Source: Octopus vulgaris
Lineage: Eukaryota
Length of the DNA stretch: 64,000 nucleotides
Reading direction: 5' to 3'
Assembly (NCBI GenBank): GCA_951406725.2
Contig: OX597817.1
Coordinates: 84,382,001 to 84,446,000 of the forward strand
Both the position numbers and the translations under genes were made by a program. Under the pieces are notes generated by a model. The model made no database searches and was not told the DNA's origin. It saw only the letters and a list, made by a program, of their open reading frames with translations. Below, piece by piece: positions 57,397 through 64,000 of this stretch. Within the stretch, counting starts at the first letter, position 1; every line of letters begins with the position of its first letter.

Positions 57397-58253
57397 CAAG
57401 TGGTCGGACAGAATGCTGGTAAGTAGTCGTTGTTGCTATGTCTGGTAACCACGGTATGGTTTAATCAGCGACATCAAGCAAGCCTTGGGATTTATTGTTT
57501 ACGGGCGGCAGGTTAAGTACCGTGTTCTTGAGTACGGAGCAGGCAAGCCTAAATTGATTTATCTGGACTGTCGGTTGCCAGTGGCTTGAAAGTTCATTAA
57601 TAGGGCGTGCCCCTGGTAGCAACAATAAGATATTTCATTCTCCCTGTTGACGGATATTTCAGGTTGGTGGAGTCAGAGTTGGCAATTGCGAGTTCTAAGT
57701 GAAGACCTGTCAATAATACTCCAATCGAAGTTGGTACACCCTGTTAATGAACTTGAAGTCACTGGCAGCCGACAATCCAGGTACACCATCTTAGGCTTGC
57801 CTACGCCATATTACAGAGTACGGTACTTAGCCCGTGTCACTCATATACATTCCAACCCAGCTGTGCTGACAATTCAACCTAACATCACCAAATTTTAAGC
57901 AGTATCACCAAATCTGGTTACTCCTACGGAAAGGCAGTCGCTACTAACCCGCGACCACATCCCACTCTGCCCCCATTATTGCAGCTAATGCAACAAGTTG
58001 ATGTTGCTAGATTTCTGGACATGGCGATGATAACTACCTACCAACATCCTGTCCGACTACTAGACCTAAGAACAAAGAAGAGTACCGATACCGCTCAATA
58101 ATATTACGTGGCCTGAGTTGCTGAACAGAGGCCTAACATCTAGAAGCCATCTTGCATTTGTCTCATCCTGTTACTCGATCTCCAGATACCTGACGACCTG
58201 AGTTCGATCTACGAGCATGCGAAACCTTAAATTGTATGGAGCTGAGTTAAACA

Positions 58254-58318
<65 letters not shown>

Positions 58319-58319
58319 A

Positions 58320-59296
58320 GTATTTCAAAATGTTTCTGACACGTATTTTGTGGGGGTCAGTTAAGAGATCGGTTGTTCGCCCAGGCATTCGTGCCTGTTA
58401 CTTAAAACAATACCTCGCCAAGTTCCTTTTTATGGACAGCATTAAACCTGCTGCCAAGAGAATGCACGTATTCTTATTGGCAGCAGCAAGTCTTTATACT
58501 GGCCCGAGATAATGTTTTCCTCCAAACGCAACCCATCTCATTTCTTTATCAACACTGTCGATGGACCACTCAAAAAGGTATGTATACATTATCATTTTCG
58601 TAACATAATTTCTGTAGTATTTCAAGATGTTTCTGACACGTATTTTGATTCACATGGCGGAGATCCAACATTTCTTCACTTATACCAGAATTTCTTCTCT
58701 TTATTTTTTTTTTTTTTGCGAAATATGTACAAAAATACGGAGTTTATGATTCATGTGTGAGTGTGTGTTCTTGATACTCGTTTAGAACAAGTAGTTTTAC
58801 ACCAATTACACTATTTTTTCTTAGTTTAAAGGCCGTGGACTGAAGATGTGAAATTTCCGAAGCCTCTCCCCCACCCCCCTTTCGCGAGCGCGCATTTTTT
58901 TTATCATATTCGTTTAGAGCAAGTTGTTTTACACCTATTACGCTATTTTTGTTTTTGTTTTTGTGCCCGGGTCAGACGCTTTCGGAAATTCCCGATATAA
59001 ATTTTCCGAGGCCTCTCCCCCACCCCTCTTTCGCGAGTGCGCATTTTTTTGGTCATATTCGTTTAGAGCAAGTTGTTTTACACATATTACACTATTTGTT
59101 TTTTTTGTTTTGGTGCCCGGGTCAGCCCCTCAGACGCTTTCGGAAATTCCCGATGTGAATTTTCCGAGGCCTCTCCGCCACCCCCCTTTCGCGTGCGGGC
59201 ATTTTGTTTTTCATATTCGTTCATAGGAAGTTGTTTTACACATATTACACACATTTTTTTTTTATTCTCTGAATGGCGTAACGCTTTAGTTTAACC
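58320..59296 (+). mobile_element. Merlin (IS1016/ISXO2-like) transposon remnant with subterminal tandem repeats
   Basis: LWGSVKR....GIRACYLKQYLAKFLF resembles the Merlin transposase C-terminus. Units of about 130-160 bp start at 58778, 58910, 59059 and 59217. The putative end is ...CGCTTTAGTTTAACC. Confidence 0.55.
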
Positions 59297-59716
59297 TTGC
59301 CACTCCTGTATTTCAGTGCCTTATATTTTAAGTCATCCACTTGAAAAATAGTTCAATTGCTAACGTCTTAAGAAAAGGAAGTAGTTTTGTTGAGGTTCAC
59401 TATTATTATTGCTGCTGCTGCTGCTGCTGCTACTGCTACTGCTACTGGCGTCGTCATTGCTGTTGTTTTCTACACAGTTATCACTGTCGTTGTTTTCAAT
59501 CTTGTTTTTCATGTTTTCTTATCTTCGATTTGTTCATCTTGTTGCTGTTATTATTGCTGTTTCTGCCGTTTGTGATAGTGGTGGTGGTGCTGCTGCTGTT
59601 TACATTGTTCCTGTTGATGTAATCGTCGTCGTTGCTACCAGTACTTTTGCCCTTGTTACTGTCGTCGTAGCAACAAGAGGAAATTATATTTCTCTTTGGC
59701 GAGAAATTCATTTCAC

Positions 59717-59795
59717 CTTCGGCTCCGTTTATTTTCGGAGTTACAGCAGAATTCTGCTCTTGGTCTATTATTATTATATCTTCGTATTCCGACAT
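59717..59795 (-). CDS. Coding exon 1: MSEYEDIIIIDQEQNSAVTPKINGAE + 1 nt
   Basis: ATG in an AAAATGT context. The donor GAAG|GTGAAA leaves phase 1, and its G plus the AT of the next exon gives GAT (Asp). A possible upstream acceptor TTTTGCATTTTAG at about 59841 suggests a further 5' UTR exon. Not supported by homology, so less certain than exons 2-5. Confidence 0.6.
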
Positions 59796-60027
59796 TTTTA
59801 GAATTGGAAAAATGGATAAAATTCTGGCTTCACAAAAATGCTAAAATGCAAAACAATTATTACACTCCTAAAAAGGGGATGCAATTACACAAAATGTTAC
59901 CACCACGATCCAGACAATGTAAACAAAATAGTCGTTAAATAAAGTTTTGAATAAATGGGATGCAACCAGCTGAAATGCTTGATTACAAACAATTTACAAT
60001 AATAATAATAATAATAATAATAATAAT

Positions 60028-60876
<849 letters not shown>

Positions 60877-61124
60877 TCATTATATATATAATGAATACGA
60901 GAGGAATAAATTAAAAGTTAAATGAAGCTAACGCATTTGTAAATACTGGCAGAAACCATAAATAGATATATAAGAAGGGGGGAAAGATTTGGCTAAGATA
61001 AAGACTGCGTATGAATGAGTGTTTCAAATCTACTTTCCTTTATTATGTTCTATCTGCTAAGTTTTGCTTATTTACAGTATTTATAAATACTTTCGCTTTC
61101 TCCTTATTACACCTTACTCCATAG

Positions 61125-61675
61125 GACGGCGAGCTGGCAAAATCATTAGAATGTTGGGAAAATACTTTATGTGGCTTCTTCTGTCATTTTAACGTTCTGA
61201 GCTTAAATCCCACCCAAGTGAACTTTGTTTTTCATCCTTTTCGGGTCGTTAAAATAAAACTCGTGTCTAGTACTTGCATCGAAGTTTTCGACAGACCCTC
61301 TCCCTTCACAGTTACTGATTGTGTGCCTAAATAAGAAACCATTTCAAAAAGTAGCCAACTGATAAAATCCTTATAGCGTGGGGGGAAAATTCCATGCGAT
61401 ATTTGACCCGGCTCTTTACATATTGATTCAAATCTCATCGAGATTCACTTTATCATCCATCACTTCGATGTCGATAAAATTAGTACCAGTCCCCTCAAAA
61501 TTGTTCATTTGTGTTTAAATTAGAAACTATTATTACATCTTGCTCTTCTCAGTCAATTGACAGAATGGTAAGAACATCGGACGCCGACAAATTAAAGTAC
61601 CAGGCAAGTATTGGGGTCTCTTCAACAGATTATCTTACCCAACCAAAACAAAAATGCGTGGCCTTGTGCCAGCCT
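61125..61675 (+). mobile_element. Cluster of diverged SINE family B copies
   Basis: Head GGCGAGCTGGCAAAATCATTAG and degenerate cores. Confidence 0.6.
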
Positions 61676-62489
61676 TAGTGTTAATTTTATGCTTAGTTAT
61701 TTAAAAGAGTGTCAAGTCTTTGTTAATATTTTACATCAAAAACAGCAAAATAAACCAAGAAGACGTTAGAGTGAAAATTAATCGTTTCGAAACATTGAAA
61801 TATTAAATGGCTGGTTAAGGTAAATAAAATATTTAAAACCTTCAAAATAAAAACTGAATTGGAAATTGTATTTTCCATCTAACTTTAACTTTTGAAATTT
61901 TTGTCGAATGTTTAATCAGTTAGCTAAAAGATAATTAATGCATCCTTAATTATGAGCAATGCTTTAAAGTATTGTGTGAGAAGAAAAAGACGGTCATTAC
62001 TGTTTGGCTCGTGAAATTCAGATCTTATTTGATTACGAGGTAAACTTTAACGCATCTTCATCAGGTCACCTTATTTCTAGACAAAGGTGACGATATTATT
62101 TCGTGATATACAGTATGCGACTTTTTTGAAACTGAAATGCAAGTATCTCCTTTAGAAACAAAATGCATAGTAACTATAAAAAATTAATACAGATTTTGTT
62201 AGATTAGCAAAAAGCTACTCATTTCAAGGAAAAAGTATCATCGTTCGCATCGTATTTAGTATTTACTTGATCGACTCTGGAAGGATGAAATTCAAAACCG
62301 TTCCACAAGCTATACGAATTCAGAAAGAAGAGAGATGAAAATACATTCTAGTTACGCTTTTAGTCCGGCTATTTCATTGCGCTGATTACTATGAGAATAA
62401 AAATTGGTTATCATATGGCTGGAAGAAAAACATAAGTTGCGTATCTGCACCGAAAAATAAGTAATTACATTCATGTTCGTTTAGTTTAA

Positions 62490-63650
62490 AATAGGGCTTC
62501 CACAAAACTTGGAAGAGATTGCAATTAATTTTTTGTAATAATATGATATATCTTTGTAATAAATGATATTATCGGAGTTTTTTATGGTATTAATAGTTTA
62601 TTAATAGTTTTATTAAGGTTGGTTTTTTTTATGTTTCAGACAATGGTTACTCCATATGAAAAAACACAATGTGTGTTTTGGTTTATCGGATATTAAAACA
62701 CGAAGGAATTACACAGCTAAATATGGAAAACAAGCTCCAGCATATCAGTCGGCTCGCAACTGGTATAAGCAATTTATAGAAATGATGACAGTGCTACAAA
62801 AAGCGAGGACTTAAGGGCCAAGAGCATTTGAAGATATGAGTATATCCGCCAGTCATTTCAACGTTCCGCATCTAAGTCCATCTGCACTGCTTCCACGCAA
62901 CTACCGAGATCAGCAATTCATAAAGTGCTCTATTAAGAAGCTGAAGCTTTATGCATAGACAATTCAGTTATTTCAAGCGATTAAGGTAAATGACAAATCG
63001 CAACGAAAAGAATTTGCTGTTACAATTCTGAAAAAAATCAAAGATGACTTCCATAATCGCATTTACTTTACGAATGAAGCAACCTTCTCTATGTCCGGAA
63101 AATTTAACAAGCATAACGCAAAAATCTGGAAATCGAATAATCCCCACATTAAAAGGGAAATTGAACGTGGCAGCCTGAAGGTCAATGTGTGGTGCAGAAT
63201 TTTGTGCTACAAAGTTATTTGTCCATTTTTCCTTTTGGCGAAGACAATAATCGCTGTTTTTTGGACCAAGTTCTAAGAGACTACGTCATGCCACAGGTAA
63301 AGCTCCATCCAAATGTCATACTTCAGAAAGGTGGAGCGCCACCTCATTGGAGAGTAAACGCCCGCGGATTTTTAAATGAACGGTTTCCAGATCACTTGAT
63401 AGGAAGAGATGGCCCGATTTCTTGCCCCCTCCCCACCGCATTCCTCAGATATAGCACTCGTGAACTTTTTTCTTGCAAGATATCCTGTACCGCACTAAAG
63501 TAAAGGCCTTGGATGACCTGAAGCAAAGTATAAATGCTGCCATTGCGACTATTGATGAAAAACATATGTTAAGAAGGGCATAGACAGAAATTGAATGTTA
63601 CTTAGATGTCCTTCGTGCAACGAATGGTGCACCATATAGAACTTTACGAA
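62490..63650 (+). mobile_element. Decayed Tc1/mariner transposon, rosa/DD41D-like
   Basis: MVTPYEKTQCVFWF start, then FTNEATF..SG..NKHN..IW...NPH, KVNVWC, GAPPHW, FLNERFP...IGRDGP and DVLRATNGA. Confidence 0.8.
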
Positions 63651-64000
63651 ATACGAGAAAAACGCCCCCCCCCCCCGTCCAATGGACGGTGCTGAGTTGT
63701 CAAACATTTAAAACTAATTTTTTTCAAAACAACTTGTCCGACCGTCCCATAGGTCTCCCCTTTGAGAAACACTGATTTAACCTAAATTTGAGACGCCAGC
63801 AAAGGAAGAAATAAAGATAGACTTTTTTCTATTCCAAAGAAAAACGATTTTATTCACACAAATATGCAACCGAAGAGTTTAAAGTACCAGTAATGATAAG
63901 GCTGCTGACTGGGAGAACACAAACATGGTTTAAACAGTAAGCTTGGCAGGAAAGAAACGTGCCTTTAAGCAGTACAAAAGCATGGAAGGTGCAGTTATGT

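Noticed and set aside
58778-59260. Regularly spaced repeats as a CRISPR-like array (also 19484-20015)
   Set aside because: The units are full tandem copies without unique spacers, the context is eukaryotic, and there are no cas genes.

Overview
AT-rich, microsatellite- and transposon-dense eukaryotic genomic DNA. The tRNA-derived SINE families and the repeat landscape look like octopus (coleoid cephalopod); this is recognition, not a database result. Most ORFs in the supplied track are microsatellite artefacts or decayed transposons (Tc1/mariner, RTE, CR1, Tx1, Hero-like RLE, Penelope-like, Helitron-like, Merlin-like). One minus-strand host gene spans about 57 kb and can be rebuilt from GT-AG, phase-compatible exons at 59795-59717, 55375-55170, 34337-34125 and 30118-29900. 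It ends in either of two intact, equal-length (186 nt) duplicated terminal exons, 10888-10703 or 2691-2506, each with its own stop and AATAAA. Both forms give a 300-aa protein with no signal peptide. Its motifs (KVMIAGT, FKFDGSP, IVAATGAAV, GILRYPDIDRPYFK-LFRI, AVxEAExMF) match my recollection of an uncharacterised family mostly seen in fungi. The two terminal exons differ mainly by amino-acid-changing substitutions and have opposite C-terminal charge. The flanking duplication pattern points to a third unit just left of the window. Hammerhead-ribozyme motifs from Penelope-like repeats lie between the two terminal exons.
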